From positions 32,724 through 96,723 of the forward strand of contig JALZUR010000022.1 of the NCBI GenBank assembly GCA_023301025.1: a stretch of 64,000 nt of DNA, read 5' to 3'. Under the pieces are notes generated by a model. It was not told where the DNA came from. It saw nothing but the letters and a program-made list of their open reading frames with translations, and searched no databases. This stretch comes from Bdellovibrionales bacterium. GTDB lineage: Bacteria; Bdellovibrionota; Bdellovibrionia; Bdellovibrionales; UBA1609. Position numbers and translations under genes: made by a program. Shown here piece by piece: positions 36,758 to 46,244 of this stretch; within the stretch, counting starts at the first letter, position 1, and every line of letters starts with the position of its first letter.

Positions 36758-37411
36758 TTAAAATTCTTTAGCCACACCTCTTCTTTTAAGTTGTGTGGCC
36801 CTTTTTAACTCAAAAGCTTTTAATATGTGATCTTTTACAACTTGTCCTGAGACTTTATTTAAAGTAACACTTTCTGAAACACCAAGTGCATGAGCGATAG
36901 CTTCAAGTGTTGATAGTCCACTTGGTTTTGATTCTGTTCTTAAGAGTTTGCTCGAACTTTGAATTTCATTTAGACACAGTTTGTACCTTTCTAAATGCTT
37001 AAATTCTTTTACCCTATAATGAACTTTACTTGCCTGTCTCCAATTGCCATCAGGTACAATAATTTGAAGAGGCTTGTTGTTCTTTAAAAGGTTTTTAACA
37101 GCTGTCTCATCAAGTATTCTTGCTTCATCACTTGGGTAGAGAAGTATTGTTTTAAAATTTGTTTGCGGAATAAGACTGTGCTCAAGCTCTTGATCTTTTT
37201 GCCCTCTTATCCAAATATGTTGATTATTTAAAAGTGCTTGAATAAGTCTACCTGTATTAGAAGTTCGTTTAAGCTCTTTGTAATGAACAACTAAATCAAC
37301 TCTAGTTCGTGTATCTAGCTTTTCAAAGTTTTCGCATATACAAAATTTGGTTTGAATCCCGCATACAGTGCAAGGTTTGCTTGGTTTTCTTTTTCTATTT
37401 TTTTGATTCAT
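36758..37411 (-). CDS. DTW-domain protein (tRNA acp3U aminocarboxypropyltransferase family)
   Basis: N-terminal Cys cluster CTVCGIQTKFCIC and a DGNW variant of the DTW motif (IIVPDGNWRQA). Confidence 0.7.
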   Translation of the reverse strand: MNQKNRKRKPSKPCTVCGIQTKFCICENFEKLDTRTRVDLVVHYKELKRTSNTGRLIQALLNNQHIWIRGQKDQELEHSLIPQTNFKTILLYPSDEARILDETAVKNLLKNNKPLQIIVPDGNWRQASKVHYRVKEFKHLERYKLCLNEIQSSSKLLRTESKPSGLSTLEAIAHALGVSESVTLNKVSGQVVKDHILKAFELKRATQLKRRGVAKEF

Positions 37412-37476
37412 GGTCTTAAAACTTATACTTTTTTAGTAACCAATTTGCATAAGGCTACTTAAGTTAAGAAAAAACC

Positions 37477-38025
37477 CTATAAAGACTTTGCAGTCAATCC
37501 TCTTAAAACACCAAGATCTGATATTTCTAAATATATTTGAAACTGCTCTTTACCGGCTTCATCAATTAAGGTGTATGTCTTTAAAAGTTCTGAAGCAAGA
37601 TTTCTACTATTTTCAACAAGTTTAAAATTTTTAGGGCTTTCAAACAAAATATCTAAGGCACGTCTGATAAAAAGCTCTGAATCTAAAATTTTAACTGAGG
37701 CAATACTATTATTTGCAAGTTTTAGTTTTAAGGCTTTTTTAGGTTCAATCTCTAAACTAAACTCACCCTTAAGATCTTCGAATAAAAACTTTTCTAGAGG
37801 TGATGGTTTAAAACCTAAATCTATATTTCTACCAGTTTTCACCTGTTCTACAACTTTTTTAGCTGCAAGTTCTGATAACTTTTTATCAAAAGAAAACTCT
37901 TTTGAAGCTAAAGAACGACCATTAGAATCTGCTTGTTTTTGATTGCTAATGTAAGCGCCTAAACCAGACACCACAGCAAGGCCAACCACAACTACAAAAG
38001 ATTTATAATAAGAAAATGTTTTCAC
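37477..38025 (-). CDS. N-terminally anchored hypothetical protein
   Basis: 182 aa with a single N-terminal TM or signal (SFVVVVGLAVVSGLGAY). GTG start, no SD. It follows the gliding cluster. Confidence 0.4.
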   Translation of the reverse strand: MKTFSYYKSFVVVVGLAVVSGLGAYISNQKQADSNGRSLASKEFSFDKKLSELAAKKVVEQVKTGRNIDLGFKPSPLEKFLFEDLKGEFSLEIEPKKALKLKLANNSIASVKILDSELFIRRALDILFESPKNFKLVENSRNLASELLKTYTLIDEAGKEQFQIYLEISDLGVLRGLTAKSL

Positions 38026-38067
38026 ATATTTAATGTATCAAACAACGACTTTTATTTCTATAAACCG

Positions 38068-38083
38068 CAAGCCTTAAGGCTTG
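38068..38083 (-). terminator. weak hairpin after last Agl gene
   Basis: CAAGCC-ttaa-GGCTTG perfect palindrome followed on the minus strand by CGGTTTAT. The T-tract is poor. Confidence 0.3.
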
Positions 38084-38103
38084 TGTAATTTAGAGCTTTT
38101 GGA

Positions 38104-38694
38104 CTAAGAGCCCTCTGCTTCAGCTTCTCCATCATTTTTTCCAGGTTTTTTTAAGACTGCAAAATTGATAGCCTCACCGCCCGACTCAGTGATTGTATAC
38201 ATCACTTTTTTCAAATTTAAAATTTTAGTGCCTTTATCAGCTTGAATAGTAACTTTAACAACACTTGGAAGTTTTACTCTATCTGGTGCTTTTGCATCTT
38301 TTACAGCTGTTTGAATTTTTCCAGCTAAGGACTCTTTTTTATCTTCAGCAATTTGTTTTATAAGCTCAGTTTTAAGTTTAGATAAAACCCAATCCTCAGA
38401 AGCTTCAATTTCTTTTAAAGTCTCAACAGCTACTCCATTAATTTCAGCACCATTAACAGAAAGCACAACAACGTTACTGGGCTCAAGCTCTTCAGTTGAA
38501 CTGGCCTCTGGAAGTACAACACCCTCTTTCATTGGAAGAACTTCACCCGTTGATTGATAGTTCATTAAAAGAAAAACCACCAAAACGGTAAACATATCAA
38601 CCATGGCTGTAAGTGAAAGACTTGCTACAGCCGAACGGCCGCCACCACCAATTCTACCTCTTCTATCTCTTTTTCCAGGAACATGAATGGGCAT
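38104..38694 (-). CDS. ExbD/TolR-family motor subunit (AglQ/AglS-like)
   Basis: SLTAMVDMFTVLVVFLLM TM with the conserved Asp. I start at the ATG at 38694 (MPIHVPGK…), which follows GGGGGGA and sits 1 nt after the upstream stop. The track start at 38757 overlaps the upstream gene by 62 nt. Confidence 0.75.
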   Translation of the reverse strand: MPIHVPGKRDRRGRIGGGGRSAVASLSLTAMVDMFTVLVVFLLMNYQSTGEVLPMKEGVVLPEASSTEELEPSNVVVLSVNGAEINGVAVETLKEIEASEDWVLSKLKTELIKQIAEDKKESLAGKIQTAVKDAKAPDRVKLPSVVKVTIQADKGTKILNLKKVMYTITESGGEAINFAVLKKPGKNDGEAEAEGS

Positions 38695-38695
38695 A

Positions 38696-39181
38696 TTAAA
38701 TCCCCCCTTTTTGAGCGGCTTGGGTGGTAACAGCAATGTTTGGAAAACCTTCACCAATTGCTACATCCATTCCTTTTACCATAAACTCATAGGCAAGCTT
38801 ATCTTCAACAGTTAAAAAGATATCTTTTTTATTAGGATAACGTTTTTTGATCTTAGCCAGCTGTTCACCTAAAAAGACTTGATCATACTCACCATCTTTT
38901 TTCGGAATTGGAACACGAGCTGTCCCAATAATAACAACATAACCTTCTTCTTGAATGTCTAATCTTAAAGGAACTTCAAGATCTTTAGGCTTTACTATAT
39001 CTTCTATGTCACCTGTTTTTTTCCCATAAACAGAAGTTCCAAGTTGAATCATAGTAATTTGATTCCAAACAGCTGTAATCAACAAGAAGACTATAAGAAC
39101 ACTCATCAAATCGATAATGGGAACAACGTTTAATTCCACATTTGCTGATTTTCCACTTTTTCCGTCATCAATATGAGCCAT
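38696..39181 (-). CDS. ExbD/TolR-family motor subunit (AglS/AglQ-like)
   Basis: LNVVPIIDLMSVLIVFLLI signature TM with Asp, plus a periplasmic ExbD-like domain. Confidence 0.8.
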   Translation of the reverse strand: MAHIDDGKSGKSANVELNVVPIIDLMSVLIVFLLITAVWNQITMIQLGTSVYGKKTGDIEDIVKPKDLEVPLRLDIQEEGYVVIIGTARVPIPKKDGEYDQVFLGEQLAKIKKRYPNKKDIFLTVEDKLAYEFMVKGMDVAIGEGFPNIAVTTQAAQKGGI

Positions 39182-39233
39182 CTTCTAAGCCATCCTTATC
39201 TTTAAAATATTACAGACAAAACAAACGAACACA

Positions 39234-39902
39234 TTATGTTCGTTGTATTTTATCTCTATTAGCAGTAACTAAGTTCATTACATCCATACTTGATTCAAGC
39301 ATGTCGCTTGTTGCACGAGAAATTCTAATTTGAAAAAACCCGTAAGCAACAATTGCAATAATAGCTGAAAACAATCCAAATGCTGTACAGTTTAATGCCT
39401 CTGAAATACCACGCGCAAGAATGATTGATTTTTCTGCTGCATCTGCCGAAGCCACACCACTAAAGGCAGTGATCATACCAATAATGGTTCCAAGTAGTCC
39501 CACTAGAACCACAACGTTACCAAAAACAGCTAGAAAACTCACCCAACCTTCAAGCTTTGGTGTTTCTCTTAACACTGAGGCATCCATTGCAACTTGCACC
39601 TCTTCATCAGGTCTACGATTCAAAACCTGAACCAAACCTGCTTGAATAGTATTAGTTAAAGGTGCTGGTGTTTTATCACAGTATGTAATGGCTTGTCTTA
39701 CATCTCCCCTTAACAACATACCCCGTATATTTGCCGATACATTTTTTTTATCTACCGCAAGTTTTGATAAAGCTAAAAGACGCTCTATAATCAAAAATAA
39801 TGACAATAAAAATATAAAGGCAATCATTAACATTACCGGTCCACCTTCGCAAAAGTGAACTGCTACCCATGAATTATAACTCTCCGTACAATTTTCAAAC
39901 AT
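39234..39902 (-). CDS. MotA/TolQ/ExbB-family proton channel (AglR-like)
   Basis: GLLGTIIGMITAF…GISEALNCTAFGLFSAIIAIVAYGFF. SD GGAGG. Confidence 0.85.
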   Translation of the reverse strand: MFENCTESYNSWVAVHFCEGGPVMLMIAFIFLLSLFLIIERLLALSKLAVDKKNVSANIRGMLLRGDVRQAITYCDKTPAPLTNTIQAGLVQVLNRRPDEEVQVAMDASVLRETPKLEGWVSFLAVFGNVVVLVGLLGTIIGMITAFSGVASADAAEKSIILARGISEALNCTAFGLFSAIIAIVAYGFFQIRISRATSDMLESSMDVMNLVTANRDKIQRT

Positions 39903-39923
39903 TTTTCCTCCAAAAAATTAAAA

Positions 39924-42230
39924 CTATCTACCTGATTCAAAAACAAAAGGATAACTTGAGACTTCGGCAATTTCATTCTCACCTGGACTCGGAAAAGTTA
40001 AACCTCTTAACCTTACTATTAAACACTTTTCAACACTCTTATCTGTCAGCGTACTTGAAATAACTTTTGCATCTGTCATTTTCCCACCGCTTCTGATATT
40101 CCAACTCAAAACAACTTTCCCAGAAAGACTGCTGTTTCTAACTAAACCCTTTTCATAACAGGCAGCAATTGCATTTCTGTTTCTTCTAATAAGTCTTCTA
40201 ATAGCCTCTTTATCTATAGAGCTAGAAAACTCACCAGCATCCCCATCAACATTTACGATTGTTGAATCACCTTTTCCACCAAGGCCAGCAACACCGTACT
40301 CTCCAGAACCACCACCTCGACCAGAGGTTTGTATGTCACCAGCGCCTGCAAGAGCAGACCCTTGTCCACCTTTTCCAGCCTGTTGAAGTTTTGTTCCTAA
40401 ACCTTCTCCAGCTTGATCTGAAAGCTGTCCTTGAAAACCTGTCTTTGAATCTGCAGTACCAAGTGTTTGCCCAACACCTGATGAGGCTTTATCTAAAGCT
40501 GTGTTAACCCCACCACCAGCTAACACACTTAAAAGACCAGTTTTGGTAACGTCTTTCTTTTGAGACTTCATGTTAGCTGCTTTCTTACCCGTTTTTACAG
40601 AGCCACCAGGACGTGAAGATCCTATTTTGTTATTAGTCTTTTTTCTTGAAGGTGCAGCTTTTTTAGGTTTATCAGCAACTTTAGTTTTTTTAATACTCGG
40701 GTTTTTAACACCACGCTTTTTTTCACCAACCTTAACTTTCTTAGGCTTTGCTTTTTTCTCTGCTACTTTAGTTTTTTTAACAACTTTAGGCTTTGGCTTA
40801 GGTTTTGGCTTAGGCGGTATTTTTTTAACAGGTGGTGGATTAAATGTAATCACAGCTTTTTTCAAACGGTCTTCTAAAAGCTTGTCTGTATCGTTTAGAT
40901 CAGATGGTGCATAAAAAAGCATGTACAAGGCCACCAAAAGAATTGAAGCAAAAGACATGAATATACCAACCATCTCTGAACTTGAAAAACCAAGAACAGG
41001 AGCTGATTGAGCCTTTGGTGCATCTGCAACATGTGAAACATAAACCACAACTCTATCGCTTAATAGATTCACTCTAAGCATCTGACCTTGATCAAGATCA
41101 ACAACTTTCCCTACTTTTGAAACACTAATTTGAGAGTCTTCATTAAGCTGAGCAATTTTTGACTCTTGACCCTTTCTTATTAGTGAGCCGGTCATACTTG
41201 AACTCAGATGAACCATGCACCTGTCGTTTAATGATAAGAATCTTTGTTTAAATTTTGGTCCCATTAAAGGAACAAAAATACTTGATTCATCAGAATTTGA
41301 GATATTTATAACTCTATTTTTGGTATTAGAATTAGAGTAGTGATAGGTTTTTAATATTCTTTCTTTCCAACAAATTAAAACCTGTACAACTGATCCTCTA
41401 GACGCAGGATCAAGAATCTCCTCAACACTTTGATGAAGACTTGCCGATGAAAACTTTCCGCTGGATTGAGGCTCATCTTTTAAATTCTTTATTTGATTGT
41501 CAACGTTAAGTCGATCAATTTTAACCGCAGAATCTACTGTAACACCTGGATCAGTCTTGTCGTCATCGGACATACCGGTATGAGTTACCTCTTTATCTTC
41601 ACCTGAAAAAGAGTCAAAAGGAACAGGAGGTGGGACACGGTTAGGCGTATTAGAAGTAACAGGTTTAGAAGCTTTAGGAGAAGATGCAGCTGGTTTAGAA
41701 GTAGCTGGCTGAGAGATGTTGGCTTCTGGAACACTTATATCAATGCCAGGATCTGTAGCTTCATCATCAGCATCTGTGTGATTTATTTGCCTTGTTGATT
41801 GCTCTTCTTTTTTAGGCGTTGTTTGAACTCTGCTTTTCACAACAACGCTCTCATCAGCAGTAGAAGTATTCGTTCTTTTAGGACTTGGAGTAGCATGAGT
41901 TTTTTTATAATTTTGAGCGACACTAGGTGTCGGCACTCCAATATAAAACCTAATTGAATATGGACCAATTATTAATGCTTCACCAGAGTTTAACATGGTC
42001 TCAATGATATTCTCGCCCTCAACTTGAACACCAGTTTCAGAACCTAGATCTGTTAAAAAATAGTCCACACCTCTTCGCTCAATCATTGCATGTATTGGAG
42101 CTACTGTTTCATCATCAAGTGCAAGACTTGATTCAGGCTTCCTACCAATTACAATTTGTGGAGTTAAGAATTGCTTTACAGATATTAGTCTATCGTTTCT
42201 ATAGACTTTAAGAACAACTGGCTCAGTCAT
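39924..42230 (-). CDS. FHA-domain / Pro-Lys-rich / TonB-C-like (AgmX-PglI-type) gliding protein, GltG-like
   Basis: N-terminal FHA (IGRKPESSLALDDETVAPIHAMIERRGVDYFLTDLGSETGVQVEG). One TM (MVGIFMSFASILLVALYMLF). A PPKPKPKPKPK linker. C-terminal IDKEAIRRLIRRNRNAIAACYEKGL…GKVVLSWNI. I start at the ATG at 42230, preceded by AGGGGTGA and overlapping the upstream stop (ATGACTGA). Confidence 0.7.
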   Translation of the reverse strand: MTEPVVLKVYRNDRLISVKQFLTPQIVIGRKPESSLALDDETVAPIHAMIERRGVDYFLTDLGSETGVQVEGENIIETMLNSGEALIIGPYSIRFYIGVPTPSVAQNYKKTHATPSPKRTNTSTADESVVVKSRVQTTPKKEEQSTRQINHTDADDEATDPGIDISVPEANISQPATSKPAASSPKASKPVTSNTPNRVPPPVPFDSFSGEDKEVTHTGMSDDDKTDPGVTVDSAVKIDRLNVDNQIKNLKDEPQSSGKFSSASLHQSVEEILDPASRGSVVQVLICWKERILKTYHYSNSNTKNRVINISNSDESSIFVPLMGPKFKQRFLSLNDRCMVHLSSSMTGSLIRKGQESKIAQLNEDSQISVSKVGKVVDLDQGQMLRVNLLSDRVVVYVSHVADAPKAQSAPVLGFSSSEMVGIFMSFASILLVALYMLFYAPSDLNDTDKLLEDRLKKAVITFNPPPVKKIPPKPKPKPKPKVVKKTKVAEKKAKPKKVKVGEKKRGVKNPSIKKTKVADKPKKAAPSRKKTNNKIGSSRPGGSVKTGKKAANMKSQKKDVTKTGLLSVLAGGGVNTALDKASSGVGQTLGTADSKTGFQGQLSDQAGEGLGTKLQQAGKGGQGSALAGAGDIQTSGRGGGSGEYGVAGLGGKGDSTIVNVDGDAGEFSSSIDKEAIRRLIRRNRNAIAACYEKGLVRNSSLSGKVVLSWNIRSGGKMTDAKVISSTLTDKSVEKCLIVRLRGLTFPSPGENEIAEVSSYPFVFESGR

Positions 42231-42480
42231 TTTCACCCCTAACAACTTCGTATCTAGTTTCACGCATCTCAGGCAAAAAGTTATCTCTAAGTTTTAATAG
42301 TCTACCATAATCAGGGTTTTTGTTTCTTAATATTAAAAGTAAATCAGGAGAGCTTACATCTCCACTAATCAATTCATCTTCAAAATCAAGCTTAGTGGTT
42401 CTAGTCTCATCTTCCTGCGCAAACAAAGAAAAAGAGCTAAAACAAATCACAAAGAAAAGCGTCCAAGTTGTAATCTTCAT
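42223..42480 (-). CDS. small secreted protein in GltF position
   Basis: 85 aa with signal peptide FSSFSLFAQ. Translationally coupled on both sides (ATGA overlap at 42477-42480). Confidence 0.5.
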   Translation of the reverse strand: MKITTWTLFFVICFSSFSLFAQEDETRTTKLDFEDELISGDVSSPDLLLILRNKNPDYGRLLKLRDNFLPEMRETRYEVVRGEND

Positions 42481-45400
42481 TTGTACTTCTCCATCAATTC
42501 TATTCTATCAAAATCTGCCCTACTGTTAGCAAGCGCTTTGTATTGACTAAAGTATGGATTGTCTGAATTTTTTGCTTTTTTTATGAATTTAAATAGAACT
42601 GCAAGGTTAGCTACTGAGGATATATATCTTGAATCTAACTGTTTAATACTTTTTAAAGATGAAATCGCTCGGTTGTACTGACCCTTTGAGACTAAATACA
42701 GAGCATAATTATTAATAGCATCAGGCATGTAGGCACTTGGAATGTTTGAATCAGAACTAGGGTATACTTTAGAAACGTAGTTTCCACCCTTATCATAACC
42801 ACCATACTTCATATAGTATGACCCTAAATTTAATGCTGAAGGTACATGAGATGAGCTGATTTTTAATGCTGATCTTAAATTAGCAACAAAAAGTCTATAA
42901 TCTTGATCAAGATAGCTGTTGTAGGCTTGTAAATTAAAATAATCAGCTCTTGATTTAAACTTTGAATCTACCTTATCTAAGTATATTTTTGAAACCCCTG
43001 AAAGCTTTTTAAGACTGTAAAAGAGTGCAAGAGTTACTAAAGCCTTAATGTCGCTTTTATTTTTAGAAAGTCTACTCGAGGTTTTATTTAAGATATCAGA
43101 TTCAGACATATCAAGCATCTGTTCTGATATTGAAAGCTTTTTTAAAAGCTTTTTGTCATAAGGCATTGGGTAAAAACCAGCGGAGTAGGAAATTTTATAT
43201 CTTTCATAGCTTGAATCAAGCTTAGCTAGTTCCGATAAAGCTTTTACACTGTCTTCGTTAAACGCTCCAAGCTGTTCAGCTTTTTCATATGCCTTTTTAT
43301 ATGAAGTGATCGCATTTTTTTGAAAAGGTTCTACTTTCTTCAATAATAAACCTTTAAACTGCTTTTTTTCATCTACAGTCAAACCTGCTGGAAGAGGGGC
43401 ATTAAGAATTGCTACACTTAAATGCTGATAGGACTGACCAAGTCTATTAAGTGCCGATACAATTGTATAACCATCATCAAAATTAATAACCTCTTTCATT
43501 TTCTTGTTGATCTGCTCAATCATAGCTAACTTTTTTGTGATAGCCGAGGCTTGTTGTTTTGGATTCTTTGGGATTTTAATTGAGATGTATTGATAAAAAA
43601 CTTTGTTTGATAGCTCAAATTTAGCTTTTGCAGCGTATGTTGATGCCTTTACAGCGCCTTTTCTTTTAAACTTATCATAAGTAAGAGTAGAGGCTCTATA
43701 CCAATAAGATGCTTTATCAACAGCTCTTTTATCTTTATAAATATCACCTATACGCGTAGCTATTTTAACAAGTAAAAAAGGCTGCACCTTAGAGGCATTA
43801 AAAACTTTTAATAGAGTATTAAGCTCTTCAGTTGTGTCACCTCGCCTTTTGTAAGCCTCGGCAATTCTGTAATCGTACAAACTGGTAAACTTAAGGCTGT
43901 CCACAGGCTTTAAAAGTCTAAAAACTCTTTTCATACCTGAGATATCATTAAAAGCTTCGTTAATCACAGCTGCATTAGATAGGTATTTTGCCTTAATCCC
44001 TCTATCTTTTGCTTTAACGCCTAATTTTTCAAAAGACCTTGCCGCTTCTTTTAACCTACCTGTGTTTTCTAGAATAATAGCAGAAAATTTTTGCCCATTT
44101 TCATAAAACTCACCACCTGAGGGATCAATCTTAGAATAGGCACTTAAAGCCTTATTAGGATCTTTAGCTTTTTCAAAGTTAATACCAGCATTATAATGGG
44201 CTTGGTTCTTTAATTTTGAATTAGGGTAGCTTTTAACAAAACTTAAAAAAGCAAGAGCTACATCTTCTGGTTTCTTTTCAGCATCAATCTCTTCGATTTT
44301 TTTAAAAGCTGATTTTTCTACAATATTTTTAACTTCAGAAACTTCAATTGATGAATTACCAGTAGATGCACCTAAAGCTACAAGCTCGTTACCTGCTTTT
44401 TCTAAACCAGCGTAATCATTTTTTAATTTATAAGAGTCTATAATTAAATTTGAAGAAAACTTTGCAAAATCAGAGTTTGGACTCTCCTTAATAATTTCTT
44501 TAAACAATGGCTCTGATTCAGAGAAAAAGTTATGCGAGTAGTAAATACTAGCAAGCTTGTATTTAATATCTAATTTTTTTTCAGTAAATTTTGGGTTACT
44601 TACATAAGCTTTAGCAGATGCAACAAAGTCTTTTTCATCTTTAGAAAGTGGATACTCTTTAGTTGATTTTCCAACCTTACGTCTCACCTCTTCATCTGAA
44701 GGTATAATTTTTTCTAAGGATAAAACTGCATTCAACTTCGATTTACTTTCATATTTAGGATCTTTAACATTCCGATAAGCCTTATAAGCTCCAGGATAAT
44801 CCTGCATTTCATACAAAAGCTCCGCTTGATAAAACTGAAGCTCTGAATAAAATTCACTTTTTGTAAAAGTTTTTAGATACAGGTCATAACCATTCTTTGC
44901 TCCGAAACCTAGAGCTTTTCTCTTATCTTTTCGAAAATTTTGGTGAAGTTTTAAGACATGACTTCTTAAAGATGTTTCAGCTTTCGCCATAGCCTCTGCC
45001 ATCTTTGGATTATTCTTAGACTTTTGCGCCCACTTCTTATCAGGAGAAAACTGTTCTACCCACTTATAGAGCTCTTTTTCATATAGATCTTGCCTTCCAG
45101 TAGAAGCTTGCATGTTGACCATTGCATACTGATAATCAAAGCTCTTACTATTGTCGGGCTTCATCTCTGTGAGTCTATCAAAAAGATACTTAGCTTGTTT
45201 TTTTTGGCCTGTATCAACGTAAATGAATGCCAACTTTTCTAGGCTTTTATAGGCATCGTCTGTAGACATTATGTTTGTAAAGTACGTAAGTGCTGCCTTT
45301 GGCTTTCCTGATTCAGAGTAAAACAAAGGAAGATCTTTTTTAGCCTCATCAGCTAAAATTTTACTCTTTCTGTTTCTAACATCATCAGACCCAAGCTTTA

Positions 45401-46244
45401 CAACTTGAAGTATGTTCCTAAGTGCAGATGAGTGATCCCCCATCTTTCTGTTTAGCCAAGCAAGCTTATAAGTTGCTAGAACATAAGATGAAGACTTACG
45501 CCCATTACTAATAACTTTTTCATAATAAGTTTTTGCTAGATTTCTTTTATCTCCATCAAAATAATAATCAGCCAAAGAGAGGTTGGCTTCATTTATATAC
45601 TCACTTCTAGGATAAGAATCTGATAATTTCTTATAATAACCAATTCCCTCATTAATGTTCCCTAAAGACATATAATTATATCCTAAAAAGAACAAAACTT
45701 CATCGGCACCACGAGTATTTTTATAATTTTTAAGATACTGCTTATATATATCTATAGATTTTAAACTAAATTTTTTAGTTTCAGAGTTTTGAACTCTTGG
45801 CTTTTGCTTAATAGAACCTGCTAGATAAAGTTTTAACTTCTTTTCAAATTCATCTTGAGCTCTTCTATCGGCAAGAGCTGATTTTTCAGAGTATGATTTA
45901 GCTAACTTTAAAAGGATTCTTTTTTTCGTCTCACCACCATTAAGTTTATTTGAAAGCTTATGAAGCTGATTAATCTCTTGATTTAGTTTTTTCTCATATT
46001 CTGCTTCAGCCGTACCATCGGGAAAAATTGCGTTAAGGCTAGAGATAGGCTTACCCACTCTAATATTTACTCTATCTCTTGGTTTGGCAGCTTTAGAGTT
46101 ACCGTAACTAGGTAAGGTTCTTTCTTCTTTTTCAATGGATTTAATTGCATCTCTAACTGTCTTTGAAAAGGCATTCATTGATACAACTGATAAAGATGAA
46201 ACAACTAAGAGACTAACAGAAAATGATTTATAAATGCTACTCAC
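42477..46244 (-). CDS. very large TPR-repeat protein, GltD/AgmU-like
   Basis: 1255 aa with a signal peptide and dozens of TPR-like A..Y…G.Y..A repeats (for example EVLFFLGYNYMSLGNINEGIGYYKKL). GTG start overlaps the upstream stop by 8 nt. Confidence 0.6.
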   Translation of the reverse strand: MSSIYKSFSVSLLVVSSLSVVSMNAFSKTVRDAIKSIEKEERTLPSYGNSKAAKPRDRVNIRVGKPISSLNAIFPDGTAEAEYEKKLNQEINQLHKLSNKLNGGETKKRILLKLAKSYSEKSALADRRAQDEFEKKLKLYLAGSIKQKPRVQNSETKKFSLKSIDIYKQYLKNYKNTRGADEVLFFLGYNYMSLGNINEGIGYYKKLSDSYPRSEYINEANLSLADYYFDGDKRNLAKTYYEKVISNGRKSSSYVLATYKLAWLNRKMGDHSSALRNILQVVKLGSDDVRNRKSKILADEAKKDLPLFYSESGKPKAALTYFTNIMSTDDAYKSLEKLAFIYVDTGQKKQAKYLFDRLTEMKPDNSKSFDYQYAMVNMQASTGRQDLYEKELYKWVEQFSPDKKWAQKSKNNPKMAEAMAKAETSLRSHVLKLHQNFRKDKRKALGFGAKNGYDLYLKTFTKSEFYSELQFYQAELLYEMQDYPGAYKAYRNVKDPKYESKSKLNAVLSLEKIIPSDEEVRRKVGKSTKEYPLSKDEKDFVASAKAYVSNPKFTEKKLDIKYKLASIYYSHNFFSESEPLFKEIIKESPNSDFAKFSSNLIIDSYKLKNDYAGLEKAGNELVALGASTGNSSIEVSEVKNIVEKSAFKKIEEIDAEKKPEDVALAFLSFVKSYPNSKLKNQAHYNAGINFEKAKDPNKALSAYSKIDPSGGEFYENGQKFSAIILENTGRLKEAARSFEKLGVKAKDRGIKAKYLSNAAVINEAFNDISGMKRVFRLLKPVDSLKFTSLYDYRIAEAYKRRGDTTEELNTLLKVFNASKVQPFLLVKIATRIGDIYKDKRAVDKASYWYRASTLTYDKFKRKGAVKASTYAAKAKFELSNKVFYQYISIKIPKNPKQQASAITKKLAMIEQINKKMKEVINFDDGYTIVSALNRLGQSYQHLSVAILNAPLPAGLTVDEKKQFKGLLLKKVEPFQKNAITSYKKAYEKAEQLGAFNEDSVKALSELAKLDSSYERYKISYSAGFYPMPYDKKLLKKLSISEQMLDMSESDILNKTSSRLSKNKSDIKALVTLALFYSLKKLSGVSKIYLDKVDSKFKSRADYFNLQAYNSYLDQDYRLFVANLRSALKISSSHVPSALNLGSYYMKYGGYDKGGNYVSKVYPSSDSNIPSAYMPDAINNYALYLVSKGQYNRAISSLKSIKQLDSRYISSVANLAVLFKFIKKAKNSDNPYFSQYKALANSRADFDRIELMEKYK

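Noticed and set aside
37571-37942. Plus-strand 123-aa ORF
   Set aside because: It is antisense to the 182-aa anchored protein. Neither ORF has homology support, but the minus-strand one has a plausible TM and fits the operon direction.
39142-40914. Plus-strand ORFs 39142-39333, 39421-39630, 39869-40063, 40259-40507 and 40570-40914
   Set aside because: They are antisense to the AglR-like and GltG-like genes. The 114-aa ORF is simply the complement of the Lys/Pro repeat.
38104-42263. Interpretation of the TolQ/TolR/TonB-like genes as a Tol-Pal or TonB-ExbBD system
   Set aside because: No tolA, tolB, pal, cpoB or TonB-dependent receptor is adjacent. Two ExbD-like genes, the FHA/AgmX-PglI-type protein, giant TPR proteins and paired small OMPs fit the Agl-Glt architecture instead.
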